DNA of 64,000 nucleotides from Zootoca vivipara (GCF_963506605.1 NC_083281.1:47120001-47184000), one strand, 5' to 3'. Shown: positions 48,901-60,872, numbered from the stretch's first letter. Numbers and translations are program-made. Notes: generated by a model from the letters alone, not told the origin.

Positions 48901-51900
48901 TGTGCGTTATGTGAAGAAATGCTTTCTTTTAAATTTCCTGAATCTTCCAACTTTCAGCTTCATTGGATGTTCTAGTATTATGAGAGAGGGAGCAAAACAT
49001 TTACCTTTCTCCATGCCATGCATAACTTTCTAAACTTACATCACTTCACCTCTTAAATGCATTTTCCCTAAACTAAAAAGTCCCAAACACTTTCACGGGG
49101 AAGTTGCCCCATCACTTGATCATCTTGGTTGATGTTTTCTGAACCTTTTCCAACTCTACAATATCCTTTTTGAGGTGAAGCAACTAGAACTGTACACAGA
49201 GAAACCTGCTATACACTTGGGCTCCCTGATCAGTGACCCACACTGTTATTGGTTGGTCTGCAGAAAGAGGAACTCGGGGAGGCACTACATGAGGTGGATT
49301 TCCAGCAGCTGAAAATCGAGAATGCCCAGTTCCTGGAGAAGATTGATGAGCGAAACCAGGAGCTGCTGCAACTGAAGGTGACTGTGGGCAACGCTATCCA
49401 GGTCCTCAACTTCTACAGAGTAAGTAGAGCAGTCCCACAGCTCTCTCCCTCTCTTCCCTCCCCTGCTCTTTGGTTTTCCTCATACATGGATTAAGATAGC
49501 TGCTGGAAGAGACCTGGGACCCAACTGCCTGCACTTCCCCACTGAGGGGGACAGTGCTGCTGTAGACCAAAGCTCTGCTCTGTAACCAGCAATTATTCTG
49601 CTAAGGGGTAAACACAGCTTTTCCTCGTTGCAGCACAGAGTTCCAGTGGTCAGAAACAGTGGCAGGGGAACCTGGAACCTAACCTCTGCCTCATTTACTA
49701 CACCTTTTCCTGGCTTGCTAGGGTTACTCCTTGGGGCAGACCAAGTGTAATAGCAACACTGCCTCTAGACATCTGATACTTTGCATCCAAGTGGACAAGT
49801 CCTTTCTCCAACCACAAATGTTGGAAGGACAGTTTTCACTGGGACTATTGTGCAAGAGGGCTAAATGCTCCCTTCTCCTCACTGTATTCTCATTAATGAG
49901 TCTCCCCCCGCCCGCCCATGCCCTCTGCATTGGGGGGTGGGGGTGCTGATATAAAAGCAGTGCTTTTTGGACAGGGAGAGTTAAATTGATCAAGTTGATT
50001 CCTAGAGAAGAGGGACAGAGCATAGGAAAAGAAATGGCAACAGTCCAGAAAATGGCCAGAACAATCTAATCAGCAAGAATAGAAGTGGAGGAAGGGGGTA
50101 TATTCATTTGGGTAATTGTGTGCTATTGAATTGGGGTTTTTAAAAGTTGAATGTTCTGGGCACTGAAAAGAAAAAGAGGGAAAACTGAGTATGGGGGACA
50201 TGATGTCATGCAAAAACCTGTGGAAAATGAGTGTAAAGCATAGGAGCCAACTTCTAGGGGCTGAGTTCTCTTTGGCCCCTCCCAATAAAATATTTGAGGG
50301 GGCCGTGTCCCCCCCCCAGTTGATGGGCATTGCTATTCAAATGGTGTGCATGAGCCATGTCTTGGGATCAATTTTGCGGGTCAGGGCTTACCTGCCCCCC
50401 CCATATTTTATTCAAGTTGGTACCCCTGGTAAAGCATGGCTATTCTGCAGTAAATGTCTAGTGTGAAGCAAGCTAAAGAAGGACTGAGTCTCTCTCACTC
50501 ACACTCACACATCTCCTGCAAGAGGCACCATTTTGGACTAGTGGGTACCTTTTGAATTTTGAGAGAATCCTAGGGGCTCCAGGCACAAAATGGCTGCCAT
50601 AGGGGGGGGGCTTGGCATAATGCAAAATTAGAGGGACAACTGTCCCTGAAACCTTATGCTTACCATGGAAAGCTTTCCCCACCCCAAAGGAAGATTCCAC
50701 TGTGTGCAAATGAGCCTAGAAGAATCAAAACTGTGGGACTTGGTCCAGGAGGTTATATCATCCTGGGCCAAACTTAGAGGAGGATGAGCCTAGGGACACA
50801 AGACTCTAGCTCCATATTGTCTCTACACTAACTGGCAGCAGTTCTCCAGGAATTCAGACTTGGGCCATTCCTGGCCCTTCCTGGAGATTCCAGTGGGAGT
50901 TGAACCATGAACTTTCTGCATTCAAAGCAGATGCTTTTAACCTCTTAGCTTTGGCCCTTTCCCAAAAGCTTCTGGAGCATCTTTCAGTAGGAGTCTCTTT
51001 TTCTGGATCTCTTCAAATCTCTTCTTTGCACTACTGTCTTCATTTTCACTTCAGCATTATTCCCAGGGAATAATCCCACCAGCTAAACATTGCAATATAT
51101 CAATATATCACAATGTCTGAAATGAGGATGGAACTATGTAAAGGCGAAAATCATTTTGTGAGCATACCTGATGCTTTCATTCTGGATTTAGTGTCTGTGC
51201 TGGCTACTGAAACCTCATTTTCCAGTTACAGCTGTTCCACATATGGCCAGGTAGCATTCAGACATGCAAAGTAAATCTGGATGCTGCCTTCTGAAAGTTC
51301 CTTCTGCTTAGGTAGACACAGGCCATCCAGCCTTCTTTTCCCTCTCAGTCTGGACCAACTTGTTTTATTTCAGAAGAAACTCTATGCTGCAATGACCCTG
51401 GCTACAAACCTGGTGAAAGATATTGCCCAGAGAAAGGAGTCCCTGGAAAAAATTGAACATGAGGCCATCCTTGTTGAGGAGGTAGGACTGAAGGGAGGCA
51501 CAGGAGCTATTTAACTGCAAGCAAAGGTTTTAAAATAACCATGACAGGATCGATTTACTGGGATTATTTGTGTATGATGGTGTTGCCGCCGGGAACAGTG
51601 TCCAGTTTACTGGCACGTAATGTATTTTTATTACTTTTTATTGTTAATGCATGTGATTTTTCAGGCTTGTGAGTTAAAGTAGAACAAAAATGATCCCAGA
51701 AGAAAAATCAGTACACTAAGAGAGGACTTTATATGGTATTATCTGGGAACTAATTTGCTTGATGAGTGATGCTGAAAAGCCTGGACAGGAAATGAACCTA
51801 TCACAATGTGAAACATTAACTTTCACATTTTCAGGAAAAAAAGTGTGAATGGTTGCAAACTGAAAATGGCTTATTTGCGTAGATCAAGAGGGGGAGTCAT

Positions 51901-53536
51901 CTGACTAAGGAAAGAATGTCAGGAAAGGCTCAGTGCATCTTTATCTTCTGTGGATTGTACATTCAGGATAAACAGCTATTTCCCTTACTCAGAAAATAGG
52001 GTGGGCTACCAATGGGAGCCCTGCAATGTCTGGCTTCAGATGAAAATGGCCAGTCATCAGCTGCAGGTGCTTCCCCCAGAGTATGGGACCCGTGAAGGGT
52101 CTAACTCAGGCATCCCCAAACTGCGGCCCTCCAGATGTTTTGGCCTACAACTCCCATGATCCCTAGCTAACATGACCAGTGGTCAGGGAAGATGGGAATT
52201 GTAGTCCATCTGGAGGGCCGAAGTTTGGGGATGACTGGTCTAACTACATATTACACTGAAGATCTGTGATCAGCTCTCCAAACATTTTTATTTTTACTTT
52301 TAAAAAGTCACTGGGGGTTCTGAATGTGATTGGTATAATGATGTTGGATGAAGAGATGTTTAGCCCTGTCTCCCATTTCCCTGATCTAAATTCCCACCCA
52401 CCCACCCACCCCCCACCCATACAATGCAATGAAATAAAACTAAAGAGAGTCTCTCATCGAAATACTTGTCCTTTTATATATATATATATAGGAACGGGAC
52501 AAAGCCGAGGTCGTGAACAAGAAGCTACGGAAAAAACTGGCAGAGTACAAAGTGCCCCCTGTCCTTGACTATGTCCATGAGAAGATGGCAGTACATGAAC
52601 TGGAGAACATCATCAAGATCTGGGAGAGGAAGGTGGAAATTGCAGAGGTATGGGCATGCTGGCCTTACATCTGGGCACCTGTGCCACATGGTTGACCACA
52701 GCGAGGTCTGTGTTACACCTCTATTCTGCCTCTCAACACAAACTTTGCACTGATGTGGGCAAAATGTGGCCAAGTGCTCCATTGCTATACTCAACACCAG
52801 ATTAAAGAGAGGTAAAATTCCCTGTTGGAAAAGAGTGTTCAGATTGTGTGCAGGAAGTGTAGTTTGGGGATCAGTGTAGGGATAGCCCTGAACTTGAAGA
52901 GATGTGGCTATGGACAAAAACTCCACTTTCAACCTGTTGCCTTTGGCATATCCTTTCTTATCCTTGTTCTTTCCCTTGCTGGTTTGCAGAGCAGGGTTTT
53001 ATTTAAACTTTCTAGGATTGTGAAGGTGGCAGTAGAGCATCAGGAAATAGATAAGCCCTGCAGATAGTGGGTGCTGCTTTCTGGAGCACTCTGAAATGAT
53101 ATTACTCCAAGGTGCAGATGCAGGAGGAGAAGCAGCCTCTCTGTTTACGTGTGTGGTTTTTTCTCCTTGCCTTGAATTTAAAAGAGGAGCAGAATGAGGA
53201 TGAGCAAGCAAGAGAGGGCCAGGAACAGCTGCTCCACTCACCTTAGGGGCAGGAACTTAGAGAGCATTTGTTATTTAGGGTAAATAGAAGGCATGCAATA
53301 GTTGTCCCCCTCCCCCTGGACTACCCATCAGGTGACCTTTGGCTTCCCCAAGGTCTGGGTTTTCTTTCTCAGTCTCTCTCTCTGTCCCTCACTCCCAGTT
53401 CAATTTCTTACTGCTTTCCTCTTTTCCCTCTTCCGTCTCACAGATGGCCTTGCGGAGCTACCAGAGTATTTGGCACAAGACAAAGCTGGCTAGTCAGCAG
53501 CTGCAGGCTCTTATCCCAGAGCAAGCGAGCAACTGA
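42820..53536 (+). CDS. CCDC113: Coiled-coil domain-containing protein 113 / CFAP263 (spliced CDS, 9 exons, ~387 aa)
   Basis: join(42820-42947,43789-43912,44745-44906,46293-46448,48581-48661,49264-49419,51374-51481,52492-52647,53444-53536) = 1164 nt in phase. Contains EALHEVDFQQLKIENAQFLE and WERKVEIAE, typical of CCDC113. An in-frame upstream ATG exists at 42796. Confidence 0.95.
43424..43556 (-). mobile_element. Short Penelope-like retroelement in CCDC113 intron 1
   Basis: 11-bp direct repeat tttctcaggta (43413-43423 / 43557-43567). Confidence 0.72.
43512..43549 (-). ncRNA. Minimal hammerhead ribozyme motif, copy 3
   Basis: reverse complement GTAT-CTGAAGA-A-GTGTG CATG CACAC-GAA-AGCT-C-ATAC. 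Confidence 0.72.
43789..43912 (+). CDS. CCDC113: CCDC113 exon 2
   Basis: HDNAMLKLETTMFEKTFNRLEPRDLLLEKFGSFMDMGQAQL; gtaagt donor. Confidence 0.92.
44745..44906 (+). CDS. CCDC113: CCDC113 exon 3
   Basis: ARGRRKSKARLTADRLVGLTVEQKCDIAQRELEETKEDVQRLKENSERLLQNYL. Confidence 0.93.
46293..46448 (+). CDS. CCDC113: CCDC113 exon 4
   Basis: AVLEETDIRLVDIKKAVQDFDKDIVKTITKKKGSVIASEKVLRYMEDRIRYR. Confidence 0.94.
46739..47871. mobile_element. Non-autonomous hAT element (1133 bp) with CpG-rich interior, CCDC113 intron 4
   Basis: TIR CAGCGTTTCTCAACC / GGTTGAGAAACACTG; 8-bp TSD ctatagaa. Confidence 0.85.
48581..48661 (+). CDS. CCDC113: CCDC113 exon 5
   Basis: DVLKEKIRLKNDSLKVQKNKMQMQLKQ. Confidence 0.94.
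48830..49200 (-). mobile_element. CR1 LINE 3' fragment
   Basis: Reverse-complement similarity to 36920-37590 (QF..PHLKKDIVELEKVQ; DGFKR). Confidence 0.65.
49264..49419 (+). CDS. CCDC113: CCDC113 exon 6
   Basis: KEELGEALHEVDFQQLKIENAQFLEKIDERNQELLQLKVTVGNAIQVLNFYR. Confidence 0.96.
50241..50428. mobile_element. hAT-like MITE
   Basis: 8-bp TSD gtaaagca; degenerate TIRs (..GCCAACT / AGTTGG..). Confidence 0.6.
51374..51481 (+). CDS. CCDC113: CCDC113 exon 7
   Basis: KKLYAAMTLATNLVKDIAQRKESLEKIEHEAILVEE. Confidence 0.93.
52107..52237. mobile_element. Palindromic hAT-type MITE
   Basis: TIR CAGGCATCCCCAAACT / AGTTTGGGGATGACTG; 8-bp TSD gtctaact. Confidence 0.82.
52492..52647 (+). CDS. CCDC113: CCDC113 exon 8
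   Basis: ERDKAEVVNKKLRKKLAEYKVPPVLDYVHEKMAVHELENIIKIWERKVEIAE. Confidence 0.93.
53444..53536 (+). CDS. CCDC113: CCDC113 exon 9 (stop)
   Basis: MALRSYQSIWHKTKLASQQLQALIPEQASN*; strong polypyrimidine acceptor. Confidence 0.92.
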   Translation: MALRSYQSIWHKTKLASQQLQALIPEQASN

Positions 53537-53926
53537 GAAGGAGAGAGCTGGACAAAGGCACTTTACCAAGGGTCCAGTTGCCTAGCCTTGGAAGAGAGCA
53601 TGAGCCCCTGCAGCACATGCCTCCTGCTTCCTCTGTCTTCTTTGGCTTTCTCTTCCTGACAAGGTATTTGCACCAGGCTCTCAGGACCCCTGCAGTTGTT
53701 GTCCCCTTTCCCTTTCTGTTCCCCTGTGATGAGTTACTTTATAAGTCGTCATTATATCTGGCTATATTTACCTTTTTGGAGTCATTTCATACCACATGGT
53801 TCTGAGGAGATTGAATAAGGAGGGTTTGAAGTTTAATTGTCCAAATGGGACTTCTGGGGAAATGACAGATGAGCATAACAGCACTCACTATATCTCAACT
53901 GTGCATTTCTCAGAAATGTCTGCTGC

Positions 53927-54421
53927 TTAACCTGCCACCACCCAGCATGTCAGAATACAGGGCATGAGGCTTGCAGAGAGGAGGCTTTCAGGCTGGCCTA
54001 ACTTGGCTGTAGAAACAGGAAGAAGCTCCCCACTGTAGTAGTCATAATAGATGGGATCAGACTGCTTGGCCCGTGACTCAGCTGGCCCTTCTGGGAGCTC
54101 CTGGCTGTCTTCTGTGAGATACTCTGTATGATTAGGGCTGGTGTAGTCTGAGAAGTCAATGGCTCTCTCCTCCCCAATGGGTTCAAATATCCCTTTGTCC
54201 TCCTCCATGGGAGGTCTGAAGGGGCTGTGCCTTGAGCCAGGGATGGGAGAGGCCGGAGCTCCCCACTTTGCTGTGGTGGTCACGATCCAGTCGCCATAGG
54301 AAGACACTCTGGTGTAGAGAAACGGCCCATAGCATCTCATACCGCCCTTGGTCATCACTCCCTTCAGCACCCACTGCCTTGTTCCATCTGCCTGGCACAT
54401 GACCGGGTTGCCTGGGTATCC
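53927..54421 (-). CDS. PRSS54: PRSS54 last exon
   Basis: [10 protein letters not shown]...[11 protein letters not shown]...[10 protein letters not shown]...ILTCWVVAG*; ATTAAA at 53832-53837 (-). Confidence 0.9.
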   Translation of the reverse strand, partial: GYPGNPVMCQADGTRQWVLKGVMTKGGMRCYGPFLYTRVSSYGDWIVTTTAKWGAPASPIPGSRHSPFRPPMEEDKGIFEPIGEERAIDFSDYTSPNHTEYLTEDSQELPEGPAESRAKQSDPIYYDYYSGELLPVSTAKLGQPESLLSASLMPCILTCWVVAG

Positions 54422-55281
54422 CTTTGGAAGAGGAAAAAGCAAAGGTGCCTTTATTTATTCATTTCAAATACCTCTCCCCCACCTCTCCATATGCAGTTCA
54501 AGGCAACTGACAAAGAAATCATGAAATACAATAAAAGCCAAGGCAAAATAAGAAAATAATATGGAGCTCATGACCTCATGAAAGGTGCACAAAGCCAAAA
54601 TTTTAGGAACAAGAACGATGGGTTTGTGGAGCTTTTGGGTGGGCCCCCTGTTCCAATGAAAAGGTTCCATCAGGAGAAGAAACTGCTGTTTTACTCTCTG
54701 CTCCAGATCCCTTCCAAATAGCAGATCAAGAAAAATGTTCCCCCAAACAACTCACTTCCACAAACAGGGATGGCCAGCAGCAGGCAGGTAGACATTAACA
54801 TTAGAAATTGGGCACTGTGAGCTGGCTGGCTAAGGGTGTCATAGTTGCATACAGGGAGGGTTCTCCTCTCTGTTTTATTCTCACAATAACCCTGTGGATA
54901 TGGGCCTGTCACCATCTCTGACCTAAGATCACCCAGTGAGCTTCACAGCTGAGCAGAGATGTGAATTAGGAGTGCATTTAACATTTACCTGTGAATCTTG
55001 AATAAATTGGATTGAATCCAGATTCATCATGCTCTGCTCTGTTTTCAGCCATCAGAATAATATGAAAATTAGACATTCCAAGACATTTCTGAGGATACAG
55101 TTCTGATATCACTTATGGGCTATGGTTCACCTACCAGCTCATAACTGGTCTCTTGAAGGGTGTTTCTTTTTTCTTTTCTTTTTTTATCAAATGCTGCCTA
55201 GGAATGAGTAGATTTGCCCCTTTCTCAAAAGTTCTTCAATAGATTTATATCCCCCTTTTAGAAAAAAATTCTTATAAGGGG

Positions 55282-55328
<47 letters not shown>

Positions 55329-58300
55329 GCACACACACACACACACATAACAATATCTAAAAATTATAATTTAATAATAGAAAACACAAGTGCTAATGTT
55401 AAAGCACCACCCTGCCTAGTAAATGGCTGCAGCAATGCTCTCTTAAAAGAGGGAAATATTTTCTGTACTTTCACTATGCCTTGCTGAAGTGTTTGCATAG
55501 TCGCTAGAAGAGAACTTGTTGTATTCATGAATTGTGTAGAGGTAGCAGCAGATGAGCCTATGAACATGACTTTCTCACCAGGCATCCAGACACATTGTCA
55601 GCTTTCCTGTGGCTGCAGCACTCTGTCGTCATGATTCTGTGCAGGGGACAGGGGTCAACATCCACCACCGAGAGCTTCCGTAGAGAGACGCTCCCTGTCT
55701 GGACTGAGATACAAAGGCATGAGCAAAGCCTGGCCTTTCTAGGTCTTTACAGGACTAAGTTTGCAACGGAACACAACACACATTGGGCTGCCCATCTTCC
55801 CTTCAAAGCCCACCCTCCTGTGCTAAATGCTGTATTTCCTATCTTCTGTCCAGGACAAAGAGGAAGTAGCTCTCCTTAGTACACAACAGTGAGGGGCAAG
55901 GTAAAGAAAAGAAAAAAGATCTCACTAGCTTCCAGAATTTGGTTCTGGCAAAATATCTACAAATTGAAATTAGATTAGTGACTCTATTGGTTCAAAAGAA
56001 TTCTCAATGTTCTAAAAAAGGTTTGAATAGCACCTTGTCTCTAGTGCCCAGCCAGGAGAAATCTTGGAATCCACATGCAATAACCACATGCAAGGAAGAC
56101 ATAGATCTGATCCCTGGGAACTGTGGGAAGTCTTCCACATGCAGATGGCCAATAGATGTGTATCCATGAGATGGATGGATGTTCTCATGGGAGGAAAACT
56201 GAAAATAGGTATAACACCAAATATGCCACCCAGAGCTCCTTGTAGGAAGAGTAGGATGTAAAAGCAATCCAAAAATAATGGAGCAAATGATCTTGCACAG
56301 GGTTTGTGAAGACTGCCTTTGTGAGCGCCATGGTACAGAAGTAGCTCACCTGTGTGAGGATGCAGCCAGCCTGCAATCAAGCAGTTCCTCAGAGCTGTCA
56401 CAGGGAAGTTTTCAGGTGGGAAGCAGATGGGCTGCAGGGCCTTGCTGAAATAGAGCCGGGCGCCTATCTTCAGGAGGGCAATGTCATGGTGAAGAGTGAG
56501 TTCATCAAAGGCTTCATGTGGGATGATGGCACTGATGGGGATCAAGAAACTTCTGTGTTTCGGGCCTGTGATACCAACCAGGGCCAACACCTGGGTCCTG
56601 GCCATGGAAAGCATAAGCAAAGAGAAGGCACTTGAGTGAACACAGATATGGGCCCTTACTTCAGGCCTCTCCATTCCTGGGGAATGCTTCTGGGCTTGAG
56701 GCACAGAAATTGAAGAGGAGGTGCAGCGATACAGTGGTACCTCGGGTTATAGACGCTTCAGGTTACAGACGCTTCAGGTTACAGACTCCACTAACCCAGA
56801 AATAGTACCTCGGCTTAATAACTTTGCCCCAGGACGAGAACAGAAATTGTGCTCCGGCGGCGTGGCCCCATTAGCTAAAGTGGTACCTCAGGTTAAGATC
56901 AGTTTCAGCTTAAGAATAGACCTCCAGAACGAATTAAGTTCTTAACCCGAGGTACCACTGTATATGAAAAGAATCAGTTAATGAATGCCTGACTTTCAAG
57001 TACCAGTTAAAAGCACAGAAATCCTGACATCATGCTAAACATGTCTTTACATACTACTACTACTACTACTACTACTACTAATAATAATAATAATAAATAG
57101 CAGGCAGGAGAGGGGTTAGGTTTTCATCAGGATGCAGGAAATGGGGAAGTGAGGTTTAACCGTTTCCTTGTTGGCCACAATTCTGGCCTGCCCTCCTGAC
57201 TCTGGCTATTGGCTTAAAAAAAATCCTATTGGTTCTCGGATGCACACAACCAATCAGGGTTTTGTCAAGCCTAGCAGGCAAAAGGGACCCTAATTCCTGC
57301 CTGCTAGGCTTGCCAACGTTTTGACTGGCCCCTGCTGGATCAGGCCAATTGCCCATCTACTCCAGTAGCCTGTTCTCAAAGTGGCCAACCAGACTTCATT
57401 GTGTTTCTTTGCTGGGGGCTATGTACTTCTGGCAGCCTATTGTGGTAGGATTCTGATTAACTGAGCAGCCAGTTTTCCAGTGTGGCTGGGAATAAAGGTC
57501 TTCATCTCAGGCTTTCATGGACTCGCCTGGGAGCGGTTTTCCTGAAACACCACCTTTTTTGCAGCTGCTGCAAGGGACAGGAGCAGGCCACTGAGCAGAG
57601 GACTCTGCCCGGGCTCCACTGCAACCCTGCTACATCTCCAACTTGACCTACTTGTCTAGCTAGAATGACCCAAGGATAGGATTGTGCTGCAAGAACTATT
57701 GTTGCAAAGTCTTTCCTGGCCCTTGAGGGAAGTTGCCTATACAGTGTTTGAAGATTTGCAGCTATAACTGTTCCTGTTCTATCTGTGTAAAAACCTCCAC
57801 TTTAGCACCCACCTGTTCAGGAAAGTAGAGGCTGCACTTACTATCCAGTGTTTATCCAGGATGCAGCCCAAAGCCAAGTGGTTGCCATAGACATCCTGCA
57901 AAGATACCATCCAAGGGAGTTCATCCACAACTGCAAACTCTTGCATGAGTCTTCTGGGATCTAAGCTGATCTGCATGCCGCAATCTGTGCCAGTTAGAAA
58001 GAGGAGGGGCAAGTCAGACTCGGCCAGTATTTTCTCCTTTGTCCTGCTAATATCCAGGAGGTTCATTACTCCATTGTGCTGCAGGAAGCAGAACATGTCC
58101 TCCAGTGGATGGGGAGCCCCTGCATTCCCTTCTGGACAACTTTCCAAAGGCCACATGCCAGCAGTGGGTAAAGCCAAAGGGAAAAGTGGGTAGAGAAATG
58201 GAAGTACATTTGACCTCTCTATCCTCCATCCAGGCAAACAAGAGTCAGGCCCTCTGTTATAGCTGGAGCTGGTAGAAGCCAGAGTCCAGCATTTGGAAGG

Positions 58301-59476
58301 CCACAGGTTACCCCATCCTTCCCTCTGATACATGTTTGTTTCTCAGTTATGTCTCATCAGCCCTGTTTTCACGAGAAAACCCAAAGGTTGGAAAAGAATG
58401 CAAATCATTTGAAATAGTGTACAATCTTGGCCAAATTCTCCTGAAGGGGAGAAATTGTGTAATCTACTCTGAAAACTGCTTCAGCAGTTAAAGATGTGAC
58501 CTAGGCCAAGTATACCAGTTTGCTTAGTTTACATTGTTTATGTTAGCCTTTGTCAACCTGGCAGCCTCCAAACGTTTTGAACTACAGCTCCCATAACGCC
58601 TTGCCACCTGGCAGGCACCTGGTCAGCAAAAGTCTGGTTTACTAAGGTACTAGCTGGCCCTGGCATGCATTGCTGTGCGTTAGTCTGTCAAATGGAGGGT
58701 AATAGGCCCCCTTCAGATCCCCCCCGAGTCTCAGAGTCCCCCTGTTTTACAGGTGTTATGTTTAAAAACGGGTACCCCTGTGAGTCCCCCCACCGTTCCG
58801 ATCCATTAATTATCCTTCCCCCCACCCCCAGGTCATCCCTGTTATTGGGGTCACCCTGTCCTGAACCATGAGGTATTCGGACCCCGTTCTCCCCCCCCCC
58901 CCCCAGTCCCTGGAGATGCAGATTTTTTGGAATAATTCCCAGCTTCCCTGGGTATCTGAGTGGTGGGTTCCGAAATTTGCCAAAAATGGTGTTTTTTCGG
59001 CACAGGTATGGCATTTGACCATGGAAAGGGTATGGTGTCGCTCTCATAGTGGCAAGTGAGATTGTGGGCAAAGCTGATGAGTATTGATCCAGCGGTTTTT
59101 GTGACCATTCATGTGGAACAAACAGGGTCAGTCTACATTTATATATATATATAAGATTATGCACTGTTTGGATTTTGGATCATCTAATGTGGCAGTGCTA
59201 GCAGATAATACCATTATTATTATTATTATTATTATTATTACTACTACTACTTACAACACACACAAAATATTAGAAATGTCCACCTTCGTTGCTTTGCATC
59301 CCCACCCCATTTCTGATCATCTGTGCCCTCTGGCATCCTTGGGCCCAGAAAGGTCTCTTAGCTCTACCACCCATGGCCAATGTTCTTCTGCAATTTCAGA
59401 CCCAAATGCTTCACTCACCAGCCACTGAAGAGGGCAAGATGGAGCAGCAAAAAAACAGGCTTCCTATGCAATGTCC
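53927..59476 (-). CDS. PRSS54: Inactive serine protease 54-like (5' end incomplete)
   Basis: join complement(59419-59476,57813-57984,56350-56597,55579-55703,53927-54421) in phase. Trypsin-fold motifs [22 protein letters not shown] and YTRVSSY.DWI are present; catalytic His and Ser are absent. Syntenic position between CCDC113 and GINS3. Confidence 0.88.
55285..55348. repeat. (AT)n(CA)n compound microsatellite
   Basis: Read directly from sequence. Confidence 0.9.
55579..55703 (-). CDS. PRSS54: PRSS54 exon
   Basis: [41 protein letters not shown]; phase matches both neighbours. Confidence 0.85.
56350..56597 (-). CDS. PRSS54: PRSS54 exon (DIALL)
   Basis: [11 protein letters not shown]...[17 protein letters not shown]...QPICFP...[12 protein letters not shown]. 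Confidence 0.9.
56732..56960. mobile_element. Tc1/mariner MITE (PRSS54 intron)
   Basis: TIR CAGTGGTACCTCGGGTTA / TAACCCGAGGTACCACTG; TA TSD. Confidence 0.85.
57052..57097. repeat. (TAC)n(TAA)n microsatellite
   Basis: Read directly; a similar (TTA)n(CTA)n array is at ~59213-59250. Confidence 0.85.
57813..57984 (-). CDS. PRSS54: PRSS54 exon (N-terminal protease domain)
   Basis: [56 protein letters not shown]. Confidence 0.88.
59419..59476 (-). CDS. PRSS54: PRSS54 signal-peptide-like exon
   Basis: ttttctaacag|[19 protein letters not shown]|gtgagt; phase 1 joins to DCG of the next exon. Confidence 0.65.
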
Positions 59477-60872
59477 CTGTTAGAAAAAAATAAATAAGCA
59501 GACGGTAAGCTTGGCACAGGCATTTCCAAGGACCTTTCCTCATCTTCAGCAGTAGTCAAGTCTTTCTGTTCTGAAGCCCAGATCAATCCCATAGCCACTG
59601 GAGAAGCAAATGCAGCATGTCTAACAAGGTTCTGCTAGTGTTACAGTGATCAGTTTTACCTTGAAACCTTTTCTCTTAGGCAACACATACAGACACCACT
59701 TGTCATCTTCTTTAGTACAATGGTTTTTCAAAATGTCTTCAGGAAGGCCTTTCAGGGATTTCTCAAGGAAAGGCACAGGAATGGCAGGCAAGCTTCTCCA
59801 ATTAACGGCTACTAGCCACAATGGCTGTGTTCTACCTCCACTGTCCGAGGCATAATGTGCTGGGAAGCACAGGTGGGTAGAGTGCTGTTGTGCTCATGTG
59901 CTGCTTGAAAGTTTCCCACAGGCATCTGGTCGGCCACTGTGAGAAGATGATGCTGGACTAGATAAGCCATTGGTCTGATTCAGCTTTTCTTGTCCCTCTT
60001 CCCTTGCAATGTATAGTTGCAAGAGGGTTGGGTGTGTTCTTGGTCACACAGTAGAAATGGGCCAACAATGATATTCCCAGAGTTTTATTTACTGCTGAAC
60101 ATGAACTGGGTGATCCAGAATTCTCCACAAAACGGCATTGGAATTCCATATCAAGTGTGGGGATTTATTGGAAGGCCCATCATTGTGCAGGGTTGCCTGG
60201 AAGTAGGAAATTGGAAAGCCACTGCTTTAAAGCAGGGGACCCCCAACCTTTTGGGACCCATGGACCATTTGCAAACCAAAGGAGCTGTCCTGGGCACTGC
60301 AACTTATTCTATTGACTACAACAGAATGCTGCTTTCAAGATTAATTTCAGCACAGGGAAGAGATCCTGTGGAAACCACAAAGACCTTGACAGGTGCATGT
60401 GTGCCTATTTGTCGGGATATTCACTTTTTGAAATATGGGAATGATAACTATGCTGGTTGGGGCTGATGGGAGTTGTAGTCCAAAACATTTGGAGGCCATT
60501 GGGTTTAAAAAGTCTGAACTAGAGGCTTGTGTGGTTTGAGAACAAGAGGTGTCCCTCCTCCCACAGTGGATTGAAAAGTAAGATACTGTACTCAAATCAA
60601 CGAGTATAACAGATGGATGAAGATCCATGGCCAATTCTATTGAAACCTTGTCCTGCGTTTATTCTTTATTTATTGCATTTATATCCCACCTTTTTCTTCA
60701 AGCAGCTCAAGGTGATGTACATGATCCTCACCTTCCTCATTTAATCCTTATAACAACCCTGTGAGGTAGGTTAGGGTGCAAGGCAGTGACTTGCTCAAGG
60801 TCACCCAGTGAATTTCATGGCCAAGTGGGGATTTGAACCCTTGTCTCCCAGGCCCTATTGCAGCACTCTACC

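Noticed and set aside
57441-57634. Short TG...CA segment with AATAAA (LTR-like); a similar segment at 58754-59124
   Set aside because: No matching target-site duplication and no second copy in the window.
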